DNA from: Scyliorhinus canicula
Lineage: Eukaryota
Assembly (NCBI RefSeq): GCF_902713615.1
Contig: NC_052153.1
Span: forward strand, 8,071,569 to 8,135,568
Direction: 5' to 3'
Length of the DNA stretch: 64,000 nt
In this document: positions 23,580 through 37,185 of the stretch, piece by piece
How the letters are laid out: the number at the start of each line of letters is the position of its first letter
Position numbering within the stretch: position 1 is the stretch's first letter
Notes under the pieces: model-generated
What the model saw: the letters and a program-made list of their open reading frames with translations, nothing else
What the model was told of the DNA's origin: nothing
The model's database searches: none
Position numbers and translations under genes: made by a program

Positions 23580-26000
23580 AAACGTTATGTACACATATGG
23601 TGAGGTAGTCACACCGCAGGCTCAGACTCCGCAGGTAGGAAGGGAATGGGTGACCACCAGACAGAGCAAGAGAGCCAGGCAGATAGTGCAGGAATCTTTT
23701 CTGGCCATTCCCTTGCAGAACAGAGATACCATTTCGGATACTGGTGAGGGGAATGGCCTCTTAGGAAAACAGCAACAGCCAAACCTGTGGCACCACGGTT
23801 GGTTCTGCTACAGAGGGGAGGGGTAATAAGTGTGCCAGTGCAATAGTTATAGGGGACTCAATTGTAAGAGGAATAAACAGGCGTTTCTGTGGCTGCAAAC
23901 GAGACTCCAGGATGGTATGTTGCCTCCCTGGAGCTAGGGTCGAGGATGTCTTGGAGCGAGTACAGGACATTCTGGAGGAGGAGGGTGGACAGCCAGTGGT
24001 CATGGTACACATCGGTACAAACGACATAAGTAAAAAAGGGGTTGAGGCCCTAAAAGCAGAATACAGGGAGCTAAGAAGGAAGTTAAGAAATTGGACCTCT
24101 CGGGGATTACATGCTGGTCAGGAGTATAAATGAATTGCTGCCTCAAGGCGCCGAGGTCCCAGGTTCGATCCTGGCTCTGATCATTGTTCATGTGGAGTTT
24201 GCACATTCTCGCCGTGTTTGCGTGGGTTTCGCCCCCACACCCAAAGATGTGCATGTTAGGTGGATTGGCCACTCTAAATTGCCCCTTAATTGGAAAAAAT
24301 GAATTGGGTTCTCTAAATTTATAAACAAGAAGTAGAAATGACAGGATATGTTGGATGAATACGTGGCTGAAGAGATGGTGTGAGGGGGAGGGTTTCAGAT
24401 TCCTGGGGCATTGAGACTGGTTCTGGGGAAGGTGGGACCTGTACAAACTGGACGGGGGCAGGACTGGGATTGATGTCCTCGGGGGGGGCTATTTGCTAGA
24501 GTGATTTAGGAGGGTTTAAACTAATATGCCAGGGGGATGGGAACAATGCAAGGAGTCAAGAAGAAATTAACCCAATAGTGAGAAAGGATATTAGCTCTGA
24601 CAATGTGGAGTCTGTATGGGTAGAGTTGAGAAATACCATGGGGCAAAACATATTAGTGGGTGTCATATGTAGACCCCACTGATGTGGGAATGGCATTAAA
24701 CACAAAATTAGAGATGCATGTAATAAGGGAGTATCGGTGATCATGGGTAATTTTAATCTTCACATAGATTGGGCAAATCAAATTAGCCACAATGTCGTAG
24801 AGGAGGAATTCCTGGACTTTATATGGGCTGGTTTTCTTGACCAGTAAGTTGAGGAACCAACTAGAGAGCAGGCCATCTTAGACTGAGAACTGTGTAATGA
24901 GAAGCGAATCATTGCCAATCTGGCTGTGCGACACCCCTTGGGGATGAGCGACCATAACATAGAATTTTTTATCACGGTGGAGAGTGAAGTAGTTGATTCG
25001 GAGACTAGGGTGCTGAATCTTAACAAAGGAAATGCAGGAGATGAGGCATGAGTTGGCCTTGATAGATTGGGGAGAGTTACCTAAAGGGATCACAGTGGAT
25101 AGGCAATGGCAAACATTCAAGGAACGCATGAGGGAACTGCAGCAACTGTTCATTCCTGTCTGGCACAGAAGCAAAATGGGTAAGAGGGCCAATGTGTGGC
25201 TTACCGATTGGCCAAGAAAAATAATAGATCTGAGGACTGGGAGCAGTTTAGAATTCAGCAAAGAAGGACAAAGGGATTGATAAAGAAGGGGAAAATACAG
25301 TATGAAAATAAGCTTGTAGGGAACATAAAGACTGACACTAAGAGTTTCTATAGATATGTGAAGAGAAAGAGATTGGTAAAGTGAAATGTAGGTCCCTTGT
25401 AGACAGAAACAGGGGAATGCATAATAAGGGACAAAGAAATGGCTGAGCAATTGAATACATAATCTTTTTATTATCACAAGTAGGCTTACATTGACACTGC
25501 AATGAAGTTACTGTGAAAAGTCCCTAGTCGCCACATACTGGCGCCTGTTCGGGTACAGAGAGAGAATTCAGAATTCTCAGCTGGTACGGGAATTGAACCC
25601 GTGCTGGCCTTGTTCATACTTTGGTTCTGTCTTCACAAAAGAGGACACAAATCAGATACCAGAAATGCTGGAGAATGAAAGGTTTAGTGAGAGGGAAGAA
25701 CCGAGGGAGATCAATATTAGTAGAGAAATGGTGCTGGAAAAATTGTTGGGATTGAAGGCGGATAAATCCCCAGGGCCTGAGAATCTGAATCCCGAGTGCT
25801 TAATGAAATGAAAATCGCTTATTGTCACAAGTAGGCTTCAAATGAAGTTACTGTGAAAAGCCCCTAGTCGCCACATTCCGGCACCTGTTCAGGAAGGCTG
25901 AGGAGGTTCTGGAAATAGTGGATGCATTGGTAGTCATCCTCCAGGATTCTATGGACTCTGGAACACTCTCTACAGATTGGAGGATAGCTAATGTCTCTGG
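23580..26000 (+). mobile_element. Degenerate CR1 LINE (esterase-type ORF1 and ORF2 endonuclease) in an APTX intron, with SINE insertions
   Basis: VCCLPGARVEDV...VHIGTNDI (SGNH esterase of CR1 ORF1); LGMSDH and KSPGP motifs. Confidence 0.8.
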
Positions 26001-26486
26001 ATTACTAGTCCCATGTCATTACCAGGGGCTGGTTTAGCTCACCAGGCTAAATCACTGGCTTTTCAAGCAGGCCAGCAGCACGGTTCGATTCCTGTACCAG
26101 CCTCCCCGGATAGGCGCCGGAATGTGGCGACTAGGGGCTTTTCACAGTAACTTCATTGAAGCCTACTCGTGACAATAAGCGATTTTCATTTTCATTACCA
26201 CAACACCACCATCTTTTAAATTGCCTATCTCTCAATCTGAGACTGTGCCCCCTTATTCTAGATTGTTCAGCTAGAGGAAACAATCTCTTATTATGTACCC
26301 CGTCAAACCCCTTAAGAATTTTCTGTCTTTCACTGAGATCACCAAAATTACACTCATCCTAATTTGAACAGAGCATTGATTGTAAAATGTTGCAGAATTT
26401 TAAGAATTAGATGATTTGGTAGAAAGCAGCAAGATATAGAATATTTAGTCACTTTTTTTTTTCTCTCTCCTGTGCCCTTTTACCAG

Positions 26487-26590
26487 CCACGTTCACCTTC
26501 ACGTGATCAGTCAAGACTTTGATTCCCCCTGCTTGAAGAATAAAAAGCACTGGAATTCATTTAATACAGATTATTTCCTTGAATCGGAAG
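26487..26590 (+). CDS. APTX: Aprataxin coding exon 6 (HIT catalytic motif)
   Basis: taccag|C; [34 protein letters not shown]; G|gtaaac. Confidence 0.97.
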
Positions 26591-28193
26591 GTAAACAGAG
26601 CATCATTACATCATTGTGTGCTCATCGTTTCTGCATTGGATGCCCTCCCAGTGTGTCTGCTGTGGCTCAGTAAATGGCATGCTCATCTCTGAATCAGAAA
26701 ATTCTAGACTCTTAGGAGCAGCACGGTGGCGCAGTGGTTAGCTTTGCTGCCTCACGACGCCGAGGTCCCAGGTTTGATCCCGGCTCTGGGACACTGTCCG
26801 TGTGGAGTTTGCACATTAGAACATACAGTGCAGAAGGAGGCCATGTGGCCCATCGAGTCTGCACCAACCCACTTAAGCCCTCACTTCCACCCTATCCCTG
26901 TAACCCCATAACCCCTCCTAACCTTTTGGCCACTAAGGACAATTTATAATGGCCAATCCACCTAACCTGCATGTCTTTGGACTGTGGGAGGAAACCCACT
27001 CAGACACGGGGAGAACGTGCAGAGTCCGCACAGACAGTGACCTAGCGGGGAATCAAACCTGGGACCCTGGTGCTGTGAAGCCTCTGCTAGTCAGTTGTGC
27101 TACCTTGCTGCCCTGAATTCTCCCCATGTTTGCGTGGGTTTCACCCCCACAACCCAAAGATGCACAGACTAGGTGGATTGGTCATGTTGAATTGCCCCTT
27201 AATTGAAAAAAGTTAATTGGGTACGCTAAATTTAAAAAGAAAAAGAAAATTTTCTACTCTTTTACTCCAGAGCATAATCCGTGATGAGGCTGATAATCCC
27301 AGTGCAGTACTGAGGGAGTGCTGTACTTCAAGAGGTGCCATCTGCGTGAGATGAATCCCCAGCCTCTGACTTGCTCTTGTAGCCACAATATATATTGGCT
27401 GATCTACTTGAGGTTTCTGGTCAATGATGAGGGGAATTCAGTGATGGCAATGCTGTTGAATGTCATGACGAGATGGTTAGATTCTTTATTGTTTAAGGTA
27501 GTCATTGCCTGGTACTTCAGCGGTATAAATGCTATTTTCTACTCATTGCAAACCGGAACATTATCCATTGTTGCATGCGGGTCTAGACTAGTTCATTACC
27601 TGAGGTGTTACGCATGGTACTAACCACCGTACCCATCAATGAACTTCCCCACTTCTAACCCAATGATGAAGGGAAGGGTATTGTGGAGGTAGCTGAAGAA
27701 AAATAAAGGCAGAGGTGTGGCACTAGGTGAAGTGCTCCCTGAGAGGGTCAGCACAGACCGAATGACCGAATGTGCTGTAGCCATTCTGTGATTCTATGCT
27801 CTCAGGTGGTTGTGCCTAGGACTAGCCTGAGGAACTCCTGAAACAATGGCCTGGGACTGAAATGATTGGCCTCCAACAACCACAACCGTCCTCCTTTGTG
27901 TTTAGTCAAGCCGCAGCCAGTGGAAGGTTTTCCCTCTCACTCATGATGTGCCAAGAAGGATTGAGAATCCTGAATGAGAGGATGGGTCTCCCCTCCTTCG
28001 GTTCAGATAATATTCCAGACATTTTCCCTGCTGTTGACCGGGGGCTTTTGCACCGTCCAGCTGACTGCTTTAGAACTTAAATGTTGCCAGCTTATTTCTT
28101 TTTATAAAATTTGGACAAACAAGAAGCTAAAAGCCGTTCTTACCGTTTAATAACACCAATATAATGTTCATGCTTGTTTTTAAACTCCACTAG

Positions 28194-28345
28194 ATGTGAT
28201 GAAGATGGTAGAACAAGATGGAAAGGTGACAGTCAAGGATGGAATGGCTGAGCTATTAAAACTGCCACTTGTGTGCCATGTCTGCCAGCAGCAACAATCC
28301 ACCATTCCACAGTTGAAAGATCATTTGAAAAAGCATTTGCCTTGA
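28194..28345 (+). CDS. APTX: Aprataxin last coding exon (C2H2 zinc finger)
   Basis: cactag|AT; [49 protein letters not shown]; ATTAAA at 28556-28561. Confidence 0.95.
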
Positions 28346-28370
28346 AATATTCAGCTGTCCGTCTCTTTTC

Positions 28371-28411
<41 letters not shown>

Positions 28412-28599
28412 ATGAAGCATTCTGGTGAAATACCCCCAGTTGTGGAACAGTACAATATAGCCTAGTGAAAGGGAAAATGTATGATTTGATTTAATTTAAC
28501 CTAATTTGTTTACAAAAGATTCATTCTAATTTTCTGCACGCTTGATGTTTATTTTATTAAAAGAGCATCATTCATAATCCGTGTGTAATTGATATGCAG

Positions 28600-29170
28600 G
28601 TACTTCTCGCTTACCCAAGTCCCAATCCCACCAGGATGTCCGTTCACTTCTGATCAAGGCCTTTTGCCATCCGTGAGCCTTGTGTGGATGTTTGTATCAA
28701 CGGTCCATAGTCTATAAAGAAACTTGTCTGAGGTGTGATGGCACCTTCCTCCGAACTCAAGCCACCCTACCTGGCTATATCTTCCAGACTGTCAGGGTGC
28801 TGTGGCTCTTATCTTCAAATCCCACCTAGGCCTGAGCCCTTACTACTCTGGCAATTTCTCCTTTCAGCATCTCACCTTGTTCCGCTCCTCCCTCCCACCT
28901 CTCACTCAAAAATCCTTGTTCTTTACTGCCCACTCAAAGACAACAAAAACCTTCTCACTGGGATATCTACTGCTTTCCTCCCTCAGCCTCTAATTGAGTG
29001 ACTTCTCATCCTTGCTGATTTCAAACTCCATCTCAACTCATCATGCACTCTCCTCTGAAGTCACTGCCCTCCTTATCCACCCGAAATCTCTCCATCCAAG
29101 AAAACACTCCAACCCATGTCCACTTCCATGTGGTCCTGCTAGTGCTGTTGTATCAATCATAGAAATGGTT
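28600..29170 (+). mobile_element. Old L2-like LINE remnant; a 3' piece resumes at ~37807-37932
   Basis: Endonuclease-like VALIFKSHL...KILVLY; downstream AETLVHVFITSR, typical of L2 ORF2 ends. Confidence 0.45.
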
Positions 29171-32100
29171 AGTGATTCATGTACTTAATTGTCCCAGAAT
29201 TTGTAGTCCTGTTTGTGTATATATGTCTTCTCTTATAATAATAATTCAAATCATTTATTTATTTATTTTTAAATTTGGAGTACCCAATTCAGTTTTTCCA
29301 ATTAAGGGCTAACCCACTGCGCCACCGTGCTGCCCCTTCTTATTATAATAATGTTTATTATTGTCACAAGTAGGCTTACACTGCAGTGAAGCTACTGTGA
29401 AAATCCCCTAGTTGCCACACTCCGCTCCTGTTCAGATACACTGAGGAAGAATTCAGAATGTCCAATTTGTCTAACAAGATGTCTTTCGGGACTAATGGGA
29501 GGAACCCGGAGGAAACCCATGCACTCACGAGGAGGACATGCAGATTCTACACAGTGACCCAAGCCGGGAATCAAACTTGGGACCCTGGTGTTGTGAAGCA
29601 ACAGTGCTAACCACTGCTACCATGCCGCCCAAAGTCATTAATAGTCATTAATGATTGTTACACGATGACTGGGCTTGTTTTCCCTGGGGCTTCAGTTGAC
29701 TCCTCACACCATTCCAAAAACAAAACCATACACCCCCATGAACCAGTGTTCCAAGTTGGGATATCCTTGTAGATAACATCTGGGTGGTTGGTGACAGGAA
29801 AATTGGGAGCGCAAGTCGGAGATCTTAAATTTAATTCCTCTGGTGCAGGGAATTTTTGACTTTGTAAACATAATGAGAGTAAGGAACAAGTGGAGCCAAA
29901 TGAGAAATGATTTAAAGTAAGAAGGCTGTATAAATAGCTCTTGATCCAGCTTGATTTTTTTTTAGAAATTTAGAGTACCCAATTCATTTTTTTTCAAATT
30001 AAGGGGCAATTTAGCGTGGCCAATCCACCTACCCTGGGTTGTGGGGCGATACCCATGCAAACATGGGGAGAATGTGCAAACTCCACATGGACAGTGACCC
30101 AGAGCCGGGACCGAACCTGGGACCTCGGCGCCATGCTGCAGCAGTGCTAACCCACTGCACTACCGTGCTGCCCCGAACTTGATCTTATTTGAGAGTGCAC
30201 AATATAACCTTAGCCAATTTGAAAAGTTTACCTAAAGCTAAATTGATTAAATTAGCTAGGAAATTTGAATTAGGATTATCTACAGGGGCTAAGAAAGCCC
30301 AAAAGCTCATTTAAATATACAGGCAGGGTCAGGTGCCCAAAATTTAGAGAAGTGAGGAAATTGGATTCGCTAAATTCAATTACACAGAGATACGAATTAA
30401 TAACTTAGCGATGCAGGCAAAAAAAGGAGGGAGCTTTCCAACAGGAATGAGAGGAATGTGATCTTTATTGTCACAAGTAGGCTTACATTAACACTGCAAT
30501 GCGGTTACTGTGAAAATCCCCTAGTCGCCACAATCCGGTGCCTGTTTGGGTACACTGAGGGAGAATTCGATGTCCAAATTACCTAACAAGCACGTCTTTT
30601 GGGACTTGTGGGAGGAAACCGGAGCACCAGGAGGAAACCCATGCAGATACGGGGAAAACGTGCAGACTGCACAGACAGTGACCCAAGCGGGTACTTATGA
30701 ACTGGTATTGGATGTTTACAGTCAAAAGTTTTGAGCTGTAAGAAAACAGTCTGGACAAACTTGCATTGAATTGGAAAGAGTTAAGCAAAGTCATTTTGAT
30801 AGGTAGGTGCAAGCAAGAAACCTATGATGCACTTAGGGAGATAATTCTGTTGGAGCAATTTAAAGATTCATTGCCTACAATGATGAGAACTCATGTTGAA
30901 TAATGGAAGGTTAACTGCCATTTAAGCTGTGGAGCTTGCAGGTGATAGGTCAAAGCCTTTCTTTAGACCCACTTTTAAATTGGAGAAGGCCGGAAATGGA
31001 AAATACGAGAGAGGACAAGTCAGCAAGTGAGGAAGTGATCGGAAACTCCAAGGAGGCTTCAACTTAAAATTAAACAGTCTGTGGGAGGGGTGAGAGACAA
31101 AAAAAAAACTTTCATTGTAATAAACTGCCACACAAAAGATTAAACTGTCGGCCAGTTGGGGTTAACAATCTTAAATGGAGGGCAGCATGGTGGCCTAGTG
31201 GTTAGCACAACCGCCTCACGGCGCTGAGGTCCCAGGTTCGATCCCGGCTCTGGGTCACTGTCTGTGTGGAGTTTGCACATTCTCCCCGTGTCTGCGTGGG
31301 TTTCGCCCCCACAACCCAAAAATGTGCAGAGTAGGTGGATTGGCCACGCTAAATTGCCCCTTAATTGGAAAAAATAATTGGGTAATCTAAATTTATAAAA
31401 AAAAAACAATCTTAAATGGAAGAATGAACTTAGACACTGGATAACAAGAGAAGCCAGTCAGAGTGGTACACCAAGAGCAAGGGCAGACAGGGATGAAAAT
31501 GTGTGCACAACTGGTACAAAGGCAGAGGTTGATCAGCAGGTGGCAGATGTTTTTAAAGATTTTGTGTGTAATGGTAAAATATTTCCATGCGGTCAGGATA
31601 GAATGGGAAAAAAATATTAACGCTTTATGAGATACGGTGCAAGTCAATCCCTAATGTTATGGGATAAATATTTTTATTGTCCAGAATGGATATTGAAGGA
31701 AAAGGTTTTGGTTAGCAGCATTCATGGTGAAATGAAAAAAATCCTTTAGTAAAAATAAGCTTACAGAGTAGCTTGAAGATGGGGTAGTAGTGGTAGTCGT
31801 GTTAGAAATCGTGTCCATTGCAGGCATTCAATTAACTCTGGGGAATGATATAGCAGGATCCCAGATGGTAGTGATATTTACTGGAGTCGAACAACCGATA
31901 GAGAATCCTGCCACAGAGAAACTACAAACAGACCATCCTGGAGTATTTCTGGATTACATGGTGATACAATCACAAGTTCATAAACTAAGCCAAAAGAGGG
32001 AGGAGTTGCGAGCCCAGGGTGAGGCCAGTGAGATTAGGTTATCTGATATCATTTTTAACAAGCTGAAAGACACCGAGAATCAGACCAATGTGTACAATTC

Positions 32101-33574
32101 AAAGTGGTTGATTGAATTGCAGCAGAGTGACTCAAAATTAAAGCAGCTCTATCAGACAGTGTACTCAGCATTGGAAGCTCAAGTGTTACTATGCACAGGA
32201 GAACATATTAATGAGAAGATGGTGACCACCACATGTTAATGCAGAGGGCAATGCAATATACCAAATTGTATTATCTTCCAAGTATAGGAAAGAGATTGAG
32301 GATACTTTACAAGATTCCATTAGGGGGACACCTCAGAATAAAGATAACCCAAGCCAAAATCTAAAGATAATTTTATTGGCCCAGACTATACAAGGATGTA
32401 GTCACCTTTTGTCGAGCCTTTCACCTCTGTCAGGTAATAGGGAAACCGCAAGTGGTAATCAAGCCAGCAGCTCTGATCCCTGTCTCAGCATTTGAAGAAC
32501 CTTTTACCAGGGTCTTAATTGACTGCGTAGGGCCGTTGCTGAGAACACAAAGTGGTGGGAATCAATGATTGCTAATTATCATGGATATATCACCCAATTC
32601 CCTGAAGCCATACCCTCAGGAACCATTCCTGCTCGGAGATGAGAAGAGGAGTTAACCAAATTCTTCACCGGATATGGCTTACCAAAGACAATACAATCAA
32701 ACCAAGGATCAAATTTTAGATCAGGACTATTGAAAGGTCATGAATAGCCTCGAGATCAAGCAGTTCAAATCGTCAGCCTATCATTCAGAGTCCCAGGAAG
32801 CACTAGAGGCGGCACCAAATTTTGAAACCCATGATGAGAGCTCATAGCCAAGACCATCCTCACGATGGGGACAAAGAGATTCCATTTATTATTTGTGGAT
32901 AGGGATGCATCAAATGAGTCTATCAAATGTAGTCCTTTTGAATTGGTCTACGGGCATGTGGTCAGAACACCATTAAAACTAATTTGTGGAAAGTTACTAC
33001 ATATGAAGTTCCGGACTACCTTTTTAAACTAGGTATCAAATTTCAATGAACTACTGACTGGGGCCTGTGAGGTGGTGAGAAAATGTTTAAAGTCAGCCCA
33101 CAGCACAGTAGTGCAGTGGTAGCACTGCAGTCTCACAGCGCCGATTACCCAGGTTCGATCCCGGCTCTGGGACACTTTTGCACATTCTCCCCATGTTTGC
33201 ATGGGTTTCGCCCCCACAACCCAAAAATGTGCAAGGTAGGTGGATTGAACATGTTAAATTGCCCCTTAATTGGAAAAAATGAATTGGGTACTCTAAATTT
33301 TTTTTTAAAGTCAGCCCACACGGAATGAAAGTGAGGGCTGATAGGCCCAGACTCATAGTTTTACAACAGGTGGGAGATTGCTTATGTTATTACCTGTGTC
33401 AGGTGAACCCCTGACTTTACAACAGGAGAGAGATTGCTTATGATATTACCTAGGTCAGGTGAACCCCTGAAAGCTAGATTCCGTGGGGTGTATCACATTG
33501 AAAGGAAATTGAGCGCGGTAAACTATCTGGTATGTACCCCCAGATAGATGCCAATCACAGTGTCATTTAAACAT

Positions 33575-33681
33575 AGTAAGAAGTCTTACAACACCAGGTT
33601 GCCCAACAGGTTTGTTTCAAATCACTAGCTTTCAGAGCACTGTTCCTTCCTCAGGTGAATGAAGAGGCGGGTTCCAGAAAC

Positions 33682-33720
<39 letters not shown>

Positions 33721-34267
33721 AAGTCAAAGATGCAGTGCGATACTTTGAAAGCAAGTCTTTATAGGTAATTAAGTCTACAGGTCCAGACGGAGCAACTGGA
33801 GAGGGATAAAGAGGTGTGAATTGTCTCAAGCCAGGACAGTTGGTAGGATTTTGCAAGCCCAGGCCAGATGGTGGGGCGTGAATGTAATGTAACATGAATC
33901 CAAGGTCCTAGTTGAGGCCGTATTCACGTGTGCGGAACGTGGCTATAAGTTTCTGCTCTGCGATTCTGCGTTGTCACCCATCCTGAAGGCCGCCTTGGAG
34001 AATGTTTACCCGAAGATCAGAGGCTGAATGCCCTTGACTGCTGAAGTGTTTCCCTACTGGAAGGGAACATTCCTGTCTGGCGATTGTCGTGTGATCTGGA
34101 AGGCTCACCCTTTGTTGCAGTGTCTGCATGGTCTCGCCAATGTACCACGCTTTGGGAGCAGTGCTACGAAAGCTAGTGATTCGAAACAAACCTGTTGGAC
34201 TTTAACCTGGTGTTGTAAGACTTCTTACTGTGCTCACCCCAGTTCTATGCCGGCATCTCCACATCAT
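33575..34267 (-). mobile_element. Truncated Penelope-like element (GIY-YIG endonuclease end) with inverted terminal pseudo-LTR pieces
   Basis: KAWYIGETMQTLQQR...LPVGKHFSSQGHSASDLRVNILQ; inverted termini; decayed hammerhead core on minus at 33622-33658. Confidence 0.8.
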
Positions 34268-34895
34268 CTAAGCATGTTAAAGAAGTATTTATCGGGTTAG
34301 AGGAGATGAGAACAAGCATGATGTCTTGCTAGTAATGAAGCAGGGGGAAGACGAGGGATTAAATTCTAACAGTAACTTCCCTATAATTTATTTGGACAAT
34401 GAGGAAGTAATGGAAAATTTAAACAGGTGGTTAAGTCATCTGCCAGATAAGAACCGGAGTGATATGACAGAGTTACTGCAAACCTATAAATTTATTTGCA
34501 GAAATAAACTAGGTAGAACAGTGTTAGGCTTACATTAACATTGCAATGAAGTTACTGTGAAAAGCCCCTAGTCGCACATTCCGACGCCTGTTCGGGAACA
34601 CGGAGGGAGAATTCAGAATGTCCAATCCACCTAACAAGCACGTCTTTCAGGACTTGTGGGAGAAAACCACAGCACCCGGAGGAAACCCACGCAGACACAG
34701 GGAGAACATTCAGACTCCGCACAGACAGTGACCCAAGCCGGGAATCGAACCTGGGACCCTGGCGCTGTGAAGCACCGTGCCGCCCGTTTGCTTCCTATGC
34801 CACATTTGGAAGACTATTAAAAGCATTGGATGGTCGGAATTCATCACTAAAATAGACTTGGCAATTGCTATTGGCAAGTACCTATGACTGAGAGG

Positions 34896-37185
34896 GCAGC
34901 CGGATAGGATGCTCTCTATGGCACATCTGTAGAAGTTTGTGAGAGTCGATGCAGACATGCCAAATTTCTTTAGCTTCCGTAGGAAGTAGAGACGTTGTTG
35001 GGCTTTCTTGATTGTTGCATCATAGCTTGGTATGGCAACTGCTCAGCCCAAGTCCAAGATTGCAAGAAACTGCAGACTGTGGTGAACTCAGCCCAACGCA
35101 TCACACAAGCTTGCCACCATCCCATTGATTCTGTCTACACCTTGCGCTGCCTCAGGAAGGCAGACAGCATTGTCAGAGACCTCACACCCAAGCTTTGCCC
35201 TCCTCCAGACCCTTCCATCAGGCAGAAGTCTGAAGACCCGAGTGAGTGGACCAGGACAGACTGTTAGTGATGGTGAACCCCAGAAACTTAAAGCTATCGA
35301 CCATCGCCACTTCAGAGCCATTGATGTAGATGGGGGCATGTGTCGTGCCACACGTCCTGAAGTTGCCGATCAGTTCCTTGGTTTTGCCGACATTTAGAGA
35401 GAGGTTTTTCGGTAGACCATGCAACCAAGTGATCTATCTCCCTTCTGTAGTCTGATTCGTTGTTTGAGATACGACCCACCACAGTCGTATCAGCCGCAAA
35501 TGTATAGATCGAATTGGAGTTAAATCTTGCCACACAGTCGTGTGTGTACAGGGAGTACAGTAGAGGACTGAGCACACATCCTTGCGGGGCTTTGGTGTTG
35601 AGGACTATTGTGGAGGAGGTGCTGTTACCGATCCTGACAAATTGCGGTCTGTTGGTGAGGAAGTCATGGTTCCAGCAGCCCAGGGAGGGGTCAAATCCAA
35701 AATTGCAGAGTTTGGTTATTAGTCTTGTCAGGATAATGGTATTGAAGGCAGAGCTGTAGTCCATGAGCAGCAATCTGCAACAGTAGGGGGCATAGCCTCA
35801 AAATAAGGGGAAGTAGATTTAGGACTGAGCTTAGGAGGAACTTCTTCACCCAAAGGGTTGTGAATCTATGGAATTCCTTGCCCAGTGAAACAGTTGAGGC
35901 TCCTTCATTAAATGCTTTCAAGATAAAGATAGATAGTTTCTTTGAAGAATAAAGGGTTATGGTGTTCGGGCGGGAAAGTGGAGCTGAGTCCACAAAAGAT
36001 CAGCCATGATCTAATTGAATGGCGGAGCAGGCTCGAAGGGCCAGATGGTAGACTCCTGCTCCTAGTTCTAATGTCTGACATAGGAGTCCTTGTTGTCAAG
36101 GTGTTTGTGTGCTAATTGTAGGGCCAGGGTGATAGCATCTGCTGTGGACTGGTTGCGGTGATAGGCGGACTGCAATGGATCGAGACTGTCTGGGAGGCTG
36201 GCGTTGATCTGTCTCATGATTAGCCACTCAAAGCATTTCATGATAACAGATGTCAGGGCCACCGCTTGGTAGTCGTTGAGGCATGCTACCTTGTTCTTCT
36301 TTGGCACTGGTATTATGGTGCTCTTCCTGAAGGAGGAGGGAGCCTCGGACTGGACAAGTGATCTGTTGAAGATGTTTGCAAATACAGTCACCAGCTGGTC
36401 TGCGCAGGATCTGAGGGCTCGCCCAGGGATTCCGTCAGGGCCCGTCACTTTCCGTAGGTTCACTTTCAAGAAGGCAGCTCTTACCTCTGAGGCTGTAATA
36501 GTGGGTATGGTTGTGTCCAGGGCTGTTTGGGGTGGGTGGCACTGATGTATTGGCTGTCTGTTCAAAGTGGGCATAGAACTTGTTCAGTTCATTGGAGAGG
36601 GATGCTCCAGCCCTAGAGATTCCGCTTGGCCTTGCTTTGTAGCCCGTAATCTTGTGTAAGCCCTGCCATAGACATTGTGGGTTTGTGCCATTGGCCTGGG
36701 ACTCTAGTTTGATCCTGTATTGTCTTTTGGCGTCAACGATGGCTTTACATACATTGCACCTGGATTTCTTATATACGTCAGGGTCATCAGTCCTGAACGC
36801 CTCTGTCCGGGACTTCAGCAGGGAGTGAATCCTTTGGTTGAGCCAGGGTTTCCAATTGGGGAACATCCGTATTATCTTCTTTGGTACATAGTCGTCGACG
36901 CACTTACTGATGAAGTCTGTGATGGTGGTTGCGTACCTGTCCAGGTTTGCTGTCGCAGCCTTGAATATGGACCAGTCCACAGACACCAAGCAGTCGTGGA
37001 GGATATCCTATGATGCCTCGGACCAGCACTGCAGGGTTTTCCTGACTGACTCAGCACGCTTGAGTTGCTGTTTGTAAGCCGGAGGTAGGAGTACCTACTT
37101 GTGGTTGGATTTGCCAGAGTGTGGTCAAGGAATGGAACGGTAGAGGCACCTTTGACGTTCGTATAGCAGTGGTCCAGGGTGGCAG
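34896..37185 (-). mobile_element. Rex1/Babar-like LINE (endonuclease end and RT), rearranged at its 3' end, with a CR1 3' piece at ~35773-36070
   Basis: [49 protein letters not shown]. Confidence 0.85.
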
